From: an uncultured Chloroflexia bacterium
GTDB lineage: Bacteria; Chloroflexota; Limnocylindria; Limnocylindrales; CSP1-4
Reading direction: 5' to 3'
Length of the DNA stretch: 64,000 bases
Assembly (NCBI GenBank): GCA_963720755.1
Contig: CAVRGP010000002.1
Location: 96,001-160,000 of the forward strand
The notes beneath the pieces are model-generated. The model saw only the letters and a program-made list of their open reading frames with translations, was not told the origin of the DNA and searched no databases. Both the position numbers and the translations under genes were made by a program. Positions within the stretch are counted from its first letter, which is position 1. Every line of letters begins with the position of its first letter. Positions 10,040 to 18,575 of the stretch are shown one piece after another.

Positions 10040-11437
10040 ATGCAGGACCGATCAGCGATGGCTCCCGTCGACCCGACCTCGTCCATCCCTGCCGAGCCGG
10101 TCGTGATCGCCGATCCGGTCGAACCGACCGAACCCGGCCTACCCGACCCGCCCGAGCCGGTTGCGTCAGCCACCGTCCAGCCGCGGCGGATCCCGCTGCT
10201 GGCGATCTCGATCGCCCTGGTCGCGGTCATGGCCGGAGCGTCACTGTTCCTGTCGGGCTACTCGCTCGGGCGGCAGGCCGCGTCCGACCCCGGGACGCCA
10301 GCGGCCGATTCCGAGGCGTTCCAGCCCTTCTGGGACACCTACCACATGATCGCGGACCGGTTCGCCGGCGGTCCGGTCGATCGGGAGCTCCTCATCCAGG
10401 GCGCGATCCGAGGGATGATCGACTCGCTCGGCGACCCATTCTCGGCGTATCTGACCGCGGATGAGTACCGCCAGAGTCTGCAGGGGATCAGCGGCCAGTT
10501 CGAGGGGATCGGCGCCGAGATCGGCACACAGGCCGGTGACGGGACCGCGGGCTGTACACCGCTGGGTCCGTCGTGCCGACTGGTCATCACCCGGCCCATC
10601 CCGGGTTCACCGGCCGAAGCGGCCGGGCTGGCTCCGGACGACATCGTCGTCGAGGTCGATGGGAGGTCGGTCGACGGGCTGACCGTCGACGGGGCCGTCC
10701 AGCTGATCCGGGGGCCGAAGGGTACCGACGTGACCCTGACCATCCAGCGCGGGACGGGCGCGCCGATGGACCTGGCGATCACCCGCGACGTCGTCCAGCA
10801 GCAGGAAGTCGCCAGCAAGGTCCTGGCCGACGGGACCGTCGGCTATGTCAAGGTCGCCGGGTTCTCGGACGCCTCCGCCGACCAATTCGTCGAGGCGCTG
10901 ACAGCTCACCTGGCCGCCGGGCGGACAGACCTCGTCCTCGACCTTCGCGGCAACCCGGGTGGGTACGTCACCGCCGCTCGCAAGATCGCCAGCCAGTTCA
11001 TCGCCTCCGGGCCGGTGTTCTGGGAGCAGGACGCCCAGGGCCGGCAGGTCGCGACGAACGCGCTAGGCGGCGGGATCGCCACCGATCCATCGATCCGTCT
11101 CGTGGTCCTGGTGGACGGCGGGAGCGCATCCGCAAGCGAGATCGTGGCCGGGGCCTTGCAGGACACGGGCCGGGCGACGCTGGTCGGCCGTCAGTCGTAC
11201 GGCAAGGGTACGGTCCAGCAGTGGCAGGAGCTGAGTGGCGAAGGCGGTGCGTTCAAGCTGACGATCGCTCGGTGGCTCACGCCCGACAAGCGCTGGATCA
11301 ATCAGGTCGGCCTGACCCCGGACGTCGTCGTGACGCTCCCCGATCCGGTGCCGGCCGGCTCGGATCCCGACCTGGACAAGGCGATCGAGATCCTCGGCGG
11401 GGCCGCTCAACGGGGTTCCGATCGCCTCGCCGCGTGA
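10040..11437 (+). CDS. S41-family C-terminal processing peptidase (CtpA/CtpB-like) with PDZ domain
   Basis: FEGIGA PDZ loop, LDLRGNPGG, SASASEIVAGALQD and SYGKGTVQ; N-terminal TM. Confidence 0.92.
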   Translation: MQDRSAMAPVDPTSSIPAEPVVIADPVEPTEPGLPDPPEPVASATVQPRRIPLLAISIALVAVMAGASLFLSGYSLGRQAASDPGTPAADSEAFQPFWDTYHMIADRFAGGPVDRELLIQGAIRGMIDSLGDPFSAYLTADEYRQSLQGISGQFEGIGAEIGTQAGDGTAGCTPLGPSCRLVITRPIPGSPAEAAGLAPDDIVVEVDGRSVDGLTVDGAVQLIRGPKGTDVTLTIQRGTGAPMDLAITRDVVQQQEVASKVLADGTVGYVKVAGFSDASADQFVEALTAHLAAGRTDLVLDLRGNPGGYVTAARKIASQFIASGPVFWEQDAQGRQVATNALGGGIATDPSIRLVVLVDGGSASASEIVAGALQDTGRATLVGRQSYGKGTVQQWQELSGEGGAFKLTIARWLTPDKRWINQVGLTPDVVVTLPDPVPAGSDPDLDKAIEILGGAAQRGSDRLAA

Positions 11438-11446
11438 CGGCCACTC

Positions 11447-11475
11447 TTGCACTCCAGGAAAGCATCGAGTACGGT
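11447..11475 (+). promoter_or_regulatory. Putative sigma70 promoter upstream of the sORF/smpB
   Basis: TTGCAC-N17-TACGGT. Confidence 0.45.
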
Positions 11476-11503
11476 TCGCGGGAACGAAAGGAGGTGATGT
11501 GCA

Positions 11504-11554
11504 GTGAGTGACAGTATGCCTAGCTGCACCACCTCGCAGGAGATGGCCGTCTAG
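11504..11554 (+). CDS. Putative 16-aa small ORF (MSDSMPSCTTSQEMAV)
   Basis: AAAGGAGGTGAT at 11487-11498, with GGAGGT 8 nt before GTG. Flanked by a promoter-like motif and a strong hairpin. Confidence 0.5.
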   Translation: MSDSMPSCTTSQEMAV

Positions 11555-11584
11555 TCGGACACCCTGTGGGTGGTACGCAACTCG

Positions 11585-11612
11585 GACGCCGGCCCGCACT
11601 CGGGCCGGCGTT
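11585..11612 (+). terminator. Strong GC hairpin (terminator/attenuator-like) between sORF and smpB
   Basis: GACGCCGGCCCG-CACT-CGGGCCGGCGTT, 12-bp stem, weak U-tract. Confidence 0.55.
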
Positions 11613-11642
11613 CGTGCGCCCAGCCCGAGAAGGAGCCATCCC

Positions 11643-12110
11643 ATGCGCGACGAACACACCGTCGCCCTCAACCGAAGAGCCCGCCACGACTTCACGATCG
11701 ATGAGACGTTCGAGGCCGGCCTCGTCCTGACCGGGACCGAGATCAAGTCGATCCGGGCCGGGAAGATCACCCTGTCGGACGCGTACGCGCGGGTCGAGCG
11801 AGGCGAGGCCTGGCTGATCGGTGCGCACATCGCGCCCTTCGAGGGCGGCAACCGCTACAACCATGAGCCCAAGCGGACGCGCAAGCTGCTCCTCCATCGC
11901 TCGGAGATCGACGAGCTGCTGGGTCGAGCCAAGGCCAAGGGCCAGACGATCGTGCCGCTCCGGCTGTACATCGACCCGAAGGGTCGAGCCAAGGTGGAAC
12001 TCGGGCTGGCGCGCGGCAAGCAGCTCCACGACCGGCGTCGCGACATCGCCGAACGCGACTCCCGGCGCGATGTCGCGCGCGAACTGGCCGACGCCCAACG
12101 CGGTCGCTGA
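11643..12110 (+). CDS. smpB: SsrA-binding protein SmpB
   Basis: Motifs NRRARHDF, EAGLVLTGTEIKSIR, RTRKLLLH and ARGKQLHDRR; AAGGAG SD before the ATG at 11643. Confidence 0.97.
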   Translation: MRDEHTVALNRRARHDFTIDETFEAGLVLTGTEIKSIRAGKITLSDAYARVERGEAWLIGAHIAPFEGGNRYNHEPKRTRKLLLHRSEIDELLGRAKAKGQTIVPLRLYIDPKGRAKVELGLARGKQLHDRRRDIAERDSRRDVARELADAQRGR

Positions 12111-12147
12111 CGCGCCACCCCCGAGCGAGAAGTCCTAGTATCGGGTC

Positions 12148-13221
12148 ATGCCCATCCCCGATCGTCTCCGCGTCGGACCCGTCATCGAGGCCGTCGATGC
12201 CCACGCTGCCGGTGAGCCGGGACGGGTGATCGTCGGCGGCGTGGAGGTCGCGCCGGGTTCGACGATGTTCGAGGCGATGACCTGGCTCCAGGCGAACCGG
12301 GACGACATTCGCCTCAGGATGTTGCGTGAGCCACGCGGATACCCCGCCGCGAACTGCAATCTCATCCTTCCCCCGGCCGACCCGACGGCGGACGCCGGCT
12401 ACGTGATCATGGAGCAGGTCGAGTACCCCGGGATGTCCGGCACGAACACGATGTGCGTGGTGACCGTGCTCCTCGAGACCGGGATGGTCCCGATGACGGA
12501 GCCGTTGACCGAGCTCACCCTCGAGGCTCCAGCCGGATTGATCCGCGTCCGGGCCGATTGCCGCGACGGCAAGGTCGAGTCGGTCACGTTCCGGAACGTG
12601 CCGGCCTTCGCGACGCACCTGGACCGCCCGATCGAGGTACCGCACCTCGGGACGGTGACGGTCGACGTGGCCTATGGAGGGATGTTCTACGTCATCGCCG
12701 ACGCCGAGCCGTTCGGCCTCCGGCTGACGCCGGACGAGGGCGCCGACATCGTGCGGATCACCGAGATGATCAAGGCCGCAGCCAGCGAGCAGCTCCCTGT
12801 CGTCCACCCGGACCAGCCTGGTTTCAGTGGCATCACCATCGGCCAGCTTTCCGGGCCTGCTCACGATCCGGCCAATAGCCGACGCAACGTGGTGACCGTC
12901 TCGACCGGGACGCTCGACTGGCAACGGCCGGCGACCTGGACGGGGGCGATCGACCGCTCGCCGTGCGGCACGGGGACGTCGGCCAGGATGGCTGTGCTCC
13001 ATGCGAAGGGCGAGCTGAAGGTCGGTGACACATTCCGCCACGAAGGCGTCCTCGGGACGGTCTTCACGGGTCGCGTCGAGTCGGAGACCACGGTCGGGCC
13101 GTACCGGGCGATCATCCCGAGCATCAGTGGGCAGGCCTGGATCACCGGCTTCGCGACATACGTCATCGACCCGACCGACCCGTTCCCGGAGGGCTACACG
13201 GTCGGCGACATCTGGGGCTAG
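12148..13221 (+). CDS. Proline racemase-family protein (Ser/Cys active-site pair)
   Basis: Motifs DAHAAGEPGRV, LREPRG, MSGTNT (in place of MCGH) and DRSPCGTGTSA. Confidence 0.9.
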   Translation: MPIPDRLRVGPVIEAVDAHAAGEPGRVIVGGVEVAPGSTMFEAMTWLQANRDDIRLRMLREPRGYPAANCNLILPPADPTADAGYVIMEQVEYPGMSGTNTMCVVTVLLETGMVPMTEPLTELTLEAPAGLIRVRADCRDGKVESVTFRNVPAFATHLDRPIEVPHLGTVTVDVAYGGMFYVIADAEPFGLRLTPDEGADIVRITEMIKAAASEQLPVVHPDQPGFSGITIGQLSGPAHDPANSRRNVVTVSTGTLDWQRPATWTGAIDRSPCGTGTSARMAVLHAKGELKVGDTFRHEGVLGTVFTGRVESETTVGPYRAIIPSISGQAWITGFATYVIDPTDPFPEGYTVGDIWG

Positions 13222-13240
13222 GATCGAGCGGCGCGCGGTT

Positions 13241-14533
13241 TCAGCGGAGGGTGCCGACCGCCCGGACGCTTCGGAAGGCGCGACTCACGCGCGATGGTCG
13301 GACGCTCACGCCGGCGCTGCCGACCCCTTCGGCGGTCTCGGTCGCTTCGGCGGATCCGGCCACGCTGGCCTGTGCATACAGCACCACGCCGATCGCCGAG
13401 GTCGCCGCGCACAGGAGCAAGCCAGTCGTCACGTCGACGATCCCGAGTTGAAGCAACGCGCTCATGGCGAAGGCGGCGATGATCCCACGGGCACCGGTCA
13501 CGGCATTCCAGCCGGCCATCGCGGCCGCCCTCGAATCGATCGTCGTGTGGTCGCTGACCGCCGCGGCGATACCGACATCGATCGAGGCACTCCCGGCGCC
13601 GGCGCCGACGGCCGCGATCCACAGGACCCGGACATCGGGCGCCAGGGCGTAGGCGACGAGCGCGACCAGCCCGAGCATGCTCCCGTACCGCATCGCGACG
13701 AGCGGTCCATGGCGGTCCGCCACGGCACCCCACAGGAGGAAGAAGAGGGTGGTCGCGCCGGCCGTCATGATCCCGATGATCCCGACATCGGACAGCGACA
13801 GGTCGAGTCGATCCACGTTGACGATGGCGTAGAGCGGCACGGCCGCGATCAGGCCGCCACCGTAGAACCCCTGGGCCACCGCGATCCTGGCCAGGATCGG
13901 TCGCTCGCGAAGCTCCCGGACCGAATCGCGGGCGGAGAACGCCCTGGGGCGGGGCGCCGTCGGGGCCCGAAGACCGACATAGGCGGACGCACACACCAAT
14001 CCGAACAGGCCGGCCAGGGCCACCGCCGTCAGGCCGCCGAACTGGTCCGCGATCAGGCCGCCGAGCAACGCCGCGAGCGCCGCGGCAGCAGCCTTCGCCG
14101 AACCGGTCACCCCGACCAGTCGCCCCCGGATCCGGGCCGGGTACATCGACCCCCACAGGCCCAGGTAGAACGGGCTCGACAGCGACAGGCTGAGCCAGAA
14201 CACGACCGTGACCGCGATCAGGATGGGTGCGGCCGCCGACATGACCAGGAGCAGAAGCGACGCGGCTCCGACGCCGCGGATGAGACTCAGTTGACCCGGC
14301 GAACGGGGGCCGACCCGACCCGCGAACGCGCCGAGCAGGTTGGCCACGAACGGCGCGGCCGCGAGCGCGGCGAGGCCGATCGGTTCGAGACCCGCTCGCC
14401 GGGCGATCGTCGGCAGGAGCGTGGTGATCAGCGCGACCGTCACGCCGACGCCGACGGCGGCCACGAGGTCGAGGGCGAGGTTGCGCCCGACCGAGCGCTG
14501 TTGCACGGACGGATGGAAATGCGGCCGGATCAC
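13241..14533 (-). CDS. MFS transporter
   Basis: About 12 hydrophobic helices, with motif-A-like GAFAGRVGPR and GAVADRHGP. Start chosen as GTG at 14533 after a GAGGT SD. Confidence 0.85.
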   Translation of the reverse strand: MIRPHFHPSVQQRSVGRNLALDLVAAVGVGVTVALITTLLPTIARRAGLEPIGLAALAAAPFVANLLGAFAGRVGPRSPGQLSLIRGVGAASLLLLVMSAAAPILIAVTVVFWLSLSLSSPFYLGLWGSMYPARIRGRLVGVTGSAKAAAAALAALLGGLIADQFGGLTAVALAGLFGLVCASAYVGLRAPTAPRPRAFSARDSVRELRERPILARIAVAQGFYGGGLIAAVPLYAIVNVDRLDLSLSDVGIIGIMTAGATTLFFLLWGAVADRHGPLVAMRYGSMLGLVALVAYALAPDVRVLWIAAVGAGAGSASIDVGIAAAVSDHTTIDSRAAAMAGWNAVTGARGIIAAFAMSALLQLGIVDVTTGLLLCAATSAIGVVLYAQASVAGSAEATETAEGVGSAGVSVRPSRVSRAFRSVRAVGTLR

Positions 14534-14557
14534 GACGTACCTCGAAGCAGCCCGTCC

Positions 14558-14662
14558 GGCCTGCGAGGTGAGCTGTCGGGCTCGGCGATGGGTCCGCCGT
14601 CGCGTCTGTCGCGATTTGCCCCGAGGATCTGGGTCCCCCGTCCTCCACGAGGAGGTTCGGCC
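14558..14662 (-). ncRNA. c-di-AMP (ydaO/yuaA) riboswitch
   Basis: Minus strand reads GCCGAA-hairpin-ACGGGGGACCC...GGGGCAAAUC...GAGCCCGACAGCUCACCUCGCAGGC, matching the ydaO consensus blocks in order. It lies in the MFS 5' UTR, below an extended -10 (TGCTACTGT, 14670-14678). Confidence 0.85.
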
Positions 14663-14725
14663 ATCGCAAACAGTAGCAGCATGCTGCCAGGTCGTCGCGC
14701 CATCCATTGGTCAGGGGCGCGACTC

Positions 14726-14818
14726 CCGGTCGTCCGGTCGTCCGGTCGCCGGTCGCCGGCGGTCGTCGGCGGTCGTCGGCGGTCGGTCGCCGGCGGTCGT
14801 CGGCGGTCGGCGGCGGTC
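14726..14818. repeat. Low-complexity short tandem repeats (GGTCGTC(C)/GGTCGTCGGC-type units)
   Basis: Visible 7-10 bp reiterations in the intergenic DNA. Confidence 0.8.
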
Positions 14819-14970
14819 CTTGCCGGACACGACCGTGGTTCGTGCAATGCGACACCGACGCCGGCCGCAACGGGTTCGGGACCACATTCCGTGCACGAAG
14901 GCTCAGCTTCCCCGCGCCCCGCTTGCCCAAATCCCGCACAAGACGATCCTGGTTCGTATCTGGCATAGAC

Positions 14971-15165
14971 GCGTCGGGCAGGCCGCGGATCGGGCGTCGG
15001 GCAGGGCCGCGGATCGGTCGCCGGTCGCGGCCGCGGATCGGGCGTCGGCAGGCCGCGGATCGGGCCTCGGCCGGCCGCGGATCGGGCGTCGGGCAGGCCG
15101 CGGATCGGGCGTCGGCCGCAGAACGCGTCGGCCGCGGCCGGCCGCGGAACGCGTCGGTCGCGAAC
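14971..15165. repeat. Tandem array with six exact GGCCGCGGATCGG cores plus degenerate tail copies
   Basis: Cores start at 14981, 15005, 15029, 15051, 15073 and 15096 (period 22-24 bp). Confidence 0.9.
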
Positions 15166-15251
15166 GCTTGGGCCCCCAAGCCCGACATCCTCCTGTTCGG
15201 TCGCGACCATCGGTGGTAGCATCCCGGGTCCGAGCCGGTTCTCGGACCTGT

Positions 15252-15626
15252 GGGGATGTGTGGTTTCGACAGGGCCTGGCTACCGGAGAACGCGAGCCGA
15301 GGACGCCACTGGGCCTCGTAAATCACGTGGCAAAAAGAAGTACCTGGCAACCGCCAGTCGACTCTCGCCCTCGCTGCTTAGGCAGTAAGGTGAGCGTGGA
15401 AGCTGCCTCCGCCTCGCGGGTAGTGGAAGCGTCATGCAGCGAGGCTGCGATCCGGACAAGCGTCACGTAGTCCGGAGTCAAGCCCGATCTAGGGGCACGT
15501 GACTGGACCGCCCGGCAGGGTGCCGATGCTCGTTCGGGCGGTCGACGACAAACCATCGGACACGCTCGTAGTGGTTTCCGGCGAAGGGTTCTGGACGGGG
15601 AGTTCGACTCTCCCCCATCTCCACCA
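15252..15626 (+). ncRNA. ssrA: tmRNA; tag peptide (A)GNRQSTLALAA
   Basis: 5' GGGGATG pairs with 3' CATCTCC-ACCA with a G3:U wobble; T-loop GTTCGACTC. Tag frame 15346-15381 ends in LAA-TAG. Extended -10 TGGTAGCAT at 15214-15222; smpB is nearby. Confidence 0.96.
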
Positions 15627-15709
15627 ATCGCCTCGGTGGCCTCCCAGGGGTCCTGATAATGGGTCATCTGGCCCTGTCCGGGCTGGGACGAGCCGTCCAT
15701 GATCGGCCC

Positions 15710-18082
15710 ATGCCCACGACGACTTGGCGCGCCCGCCTCACCGATGGGGCCGGGTCAGCGCTGCTCCCGTTCACGCTGCTCTGTCTGACGCTGGGGATCG
15801 TCGCCGAGCTCAGTGGCAACTCCACCGCCGCCTCGTGGTCGTGGATCCTCGCCGCTGCGGTCTCGTCGATCCGCCTGGCCGTCGGGATCGTGAACTCGCT
15901 GCGGGCCGGTGCGACCGGTGTCGACATCATCGCGTTGCTGGCGATGGGCGGGTCGATCGCGCTGGGCGAGTACTTCACCGGTGCTGTGATCGCGGTGATG
16001 TATGCCACCGGCCAGGCGCTGGAGCGGTACGCGCAGGGTCGCGCCGAGCGCGATCTGCATGCCCTGCTGGAGCGAGCCCCGAGCATCGCCCACCGCTACG
16101 AGGATGGCGACCTCGTGGATCGTGCCGCCGAAACGATCGTTGCGGGCGACCGCCTCTTGATCAAGCCGGGCGAACTCGTGCCGGTGGACGGGATCGTCGT
16201 CGCCGGTCCGGCCGCGCTGGACGAATCCGCCCTCACCGGCGAATCCCGCGTCGTCATCCGCGACCTCGACGAACCCGTGGCGAGCGGCGTCGTCAACGCC
16301 GGTTCGACCTTCGACCTGCGTGCCTCGGCGACCGCCGAGGCGAGCACCTATGCCGGCATCGTCCGTCTCGTCCGGTACGCCCAGACCCAGAAGTCCCCGT
16401 TCGTTCGGGTCGCGGACCGCTACGCCGGGATCTTCGTCGTGGTGAGTCTTGGCCTGGCCGGCGTCGCCTGGCTGGTCTCCGGGGATCCGGTCCGGGCGCT
16501 GGCGGTCCTCGTCGTGGCGACCCCGTGTCCGATGTTGCTGGCCGCGCCGATCGCGATCGTGGCCGGTGTCTCGAGGGCAGCCCGCCGGGGCGTCATCGTC
16601 AAAGGAGGCGGCGCCCTCGAGGCACTCGGTCAGGCCAGGGTCCTGCTGATGGACAAGACCGGCACGCTCACGACCGGCCGCCCACGCCTCGAACGCGTCT
16701 CGGTCGGTCCGGACGGCGACCCGGATGTCGTCCTTGGCCTGGCTGCATCGCTCGATCGCTCGTCAGCGCACGTCCTCGCCACGGCCATCGTCCATGCCGC
16801 TCGCGAGCGCTCGATCGAGCTATCGCTCGCAAGCGACGTCGTCGAGGAAGCCGGGCTCGGCGTCAGCGGGAAGGTCGGGGAGGCGACCGTGTCGATCGGC
16901 AGCCGCGACTGGATCGGGCGCATGGATGCCCTGCCGGCCTGGGCACAGACGACGATCGACGGCGTCGAGATCGACGGGTCGATGGCGATCCTCGTGGCGG
17001 TGGACGGGCGGCTCGTCGGGGTCCTGGTCATGACCGATCCCATCCGGCCCGAGACACCGCGGGCCCTGCGACTCCTCCGGCAGGCGGGGATCGCACGGAT
17101 CGTCATGGTGACCGGCGACCACCCATCCGTCGCCGAGTCGATCGGAGCGGCCATCGGCGTCGACAGTGTGCTTGCCGAGCGAACCCCGACCGAGAAGGTC
17201 GAGGCCGTGAAAGCCGAGCGGATCGACACGCCCGGCGGCACGGTGATGGTCGGCGACGGGATCAACGACGCTCCAGCCCTCGCTGCGGCCGACGTCGGTG
17301 TCGCGATGGGTGCCCGCGGGGCGACGGCGTCGTCCGAGGCCGCCGACGTCGTGATCACCGTCGACCGGCTCGACCGGCTCGCCGAGGCCATCTCGATCGC
17401 ACGACGGTCGCGCCGCATCGCGGTCATGAGCGTTCTCGTCGGCATCGCCCTGTCAAGCATCGCGATGGTCGTCGCCGCCTTCGGCTATCTCGCTCCAGTG
17501 CAGGGTGCGGTCCTCCAGGAAGGCATCGACGTGCTCGTCATCCTCATGGCCCTGACCGCACTGACCGGTGGTGGCCCACGAGTCGTCCGACTCGAAGGCT
17601 GGGACGAACTGCGAGCCGGCCTCGAGGAGGATCACCTGGCGCTCGCACCACTCATCGCCGACGTCGGCAGGATGGCCGACACGTGTGACGACCTTGCGCC
17701 GGCCGAGGCCACGGTGGCGCTCAGGTCGCTCGTCGACGACCTCGAAACACGGCTGCTGCGCCACGAGTGGCATGAGGAGTCGACGGTCTACCCGGCCCTG
17801 GCGGCCGCGATCGGCGGGCAGGATCCGCTCGCGGTCATGAGCAGCAGTCACCGCGAGATCTTCCACCTGATGCGACTCCTCCGGCGGAACGTCGACCGTC
17901 TCGAGACCCGCGTGGATGCGGCGGCACTTCTCGATATCCGCCGGAACCTCTATGGCCTGCACGCCATCCTCGGATTGCATTTTGCGCAGGAGGCCGAGTT
18001 GTACGAGGGGGTCGTGGACGCGCCCGCCAGAGGACGGTCCCGAGCGGCCCGGATCGCTCGGAGAGATCAGGGACAGGCCTGA
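15710..18082 (+). CDS. Heavy-metal P1B-type ATPase (P1B-5-like) with C-terminal hemerythrin-like domain
   Basis: Motifs LTGES, TPCP, DKTGTLT, GDGINDAPALA and QEGID. C-terminal His/Glu pattern H...HEWHEE...H...HFAQE. Confidence 0.9.
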   Translation: MPTTTWRARLTDGAGSALLPFTLLCLTLGIVAELSGNSTAASWSWILAAAVSSIRLAVGIVNSLRAGATGVDIIALLAMGGSIALGEYFTGAVIAVMYATGQALERYAQGRAERDLHALLERAPSIAHRYEDGDLVDRAAETIVAGDRLLIKPGELVPVDGIVVAGPAALDESALTGESRVVIRDLDEPVASGVVNAGSTFDLRASATAEASTYAGIVRLVRYAQTQKSPFVRVADRYAGIFVVVSLGLAGVAWLVSGDPVRALAVLVVATPCPMLLAAPIAIVAGVSRAARRGVIVKGGGALEALGQARVLLMDKTGTLTTGRPRLERVSVGPDGDPDVVLGLAASLDRSSAHVLATAIVHAARERSIELSLASDVVEEAGLGVSGKVGEATVSIGSRDWIGRMDALPAWAQTTIDGVEIDGSMAILVAVDGRLVGVLVMTDPIRPETPRALRLLRQAGIARIVMVTGDHPSVAESIGAAIGVDSVLAERTPTEKVEAVKAERIDTPGGTVMVGDGINDAPALAAADVGVAMGARGATASSEAADVVITVDRLDRLAEAISIARRSRRIAVMSVLVGIALSSIAMVVAAFGYLAPVQGAVLQEGIDVLVILMALTALTGGGPRVVRLEGWDELRAGLEEDHLALAPLIADVGRMADTCDDLAPAEATVALRSLVDDLETRLLRHEWHEESTVYPALAAAIGGQDPLAVMSSSHREIFHLMRLLRRNVDRLETRVDAAALLDIRRNLYGLHAILGLHFAQEAELYEGVVDAPARGRSRAARIARRDQGQA

Positions 18083-18094
18083 GCCGATCCGCGT

Positions 18095-18556
18095 CTAGTC
18101 TTGCGCGGACTCGGACATCACGGCGAATCCGCCGGCGATCAAGAGCCCCTCGATCGTGAGGGTCGGGGCATCGGCGGCGATATCGATCCCATCGCGAACA
18201 TCCTGGATGCCACCCAGTCCGCGCGCGTCGACGACGACCCGCCAGCTGGACGGGACCAGGATCTGGCCGCCACCGAAGATGGCGCGCACGCTGAGAGTGG
18301 CACCGGCGGGATCGAGCGTCGCATCACGAAGGTCGAGCTCGCCGCCGCCGTACCAGCACTCCAGAGTCCCGATTCGGAGCTGCGCCGCCGTGCTGCGGTA
18401 GGCGAGCGGTCCGAAGATCGCGGTCGCGACGATCTCGTCGGCCGACTCGTCGGAGTCGCGCCCCGCACCCATCTTCACCCGCAGGGCGGCCACGGCACCG
18501 ACCACCACACCGACGATCCAGCCGACCACGATGAGCCGGATGATCCGCTTGATCAC
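18095..18556 (-). CDS. LiaF-like (DUF2154-type) membrane-anchored protein
   Basis: N-terminal TM, then GGGELDLRDA and AIFGGGQILVPSSWRV; GAGGAGG SD. Confidence 0.7.
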   Translation of the reverse strand: MIKRIIRLIVVGWIVGVVVGAVAALRVKMGAGRDSDESADEIVATAIFGPLAYRSTAAQLRIGTLECWYGGGELDLRDATLDPAGATLSVRAIFGGGQILVPSSWRVVVDARGLGGIQDVRDGIDIAADAPTLTIEGLLIAGGFAVMSESAQD

Positions 18557-18575
18557 TGACGTCCTCCTCTCGTAC

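Noticed and set aside
14971-15165. Possible CRISPR array
   Set aside because: The repeat core is only 13 bp, the linkers are 9-11 bp variants of each other rather than unique spacers, and there are no cas genes.
13025-15470. Long ORFs of 647, 710, 376 and 230 aa spanning the MFS, repeats and tmRNA
   Set aside because: Arg/Pro/Gly-rich shadow frames typical of high-GC DNA, overlapping better-supported features.
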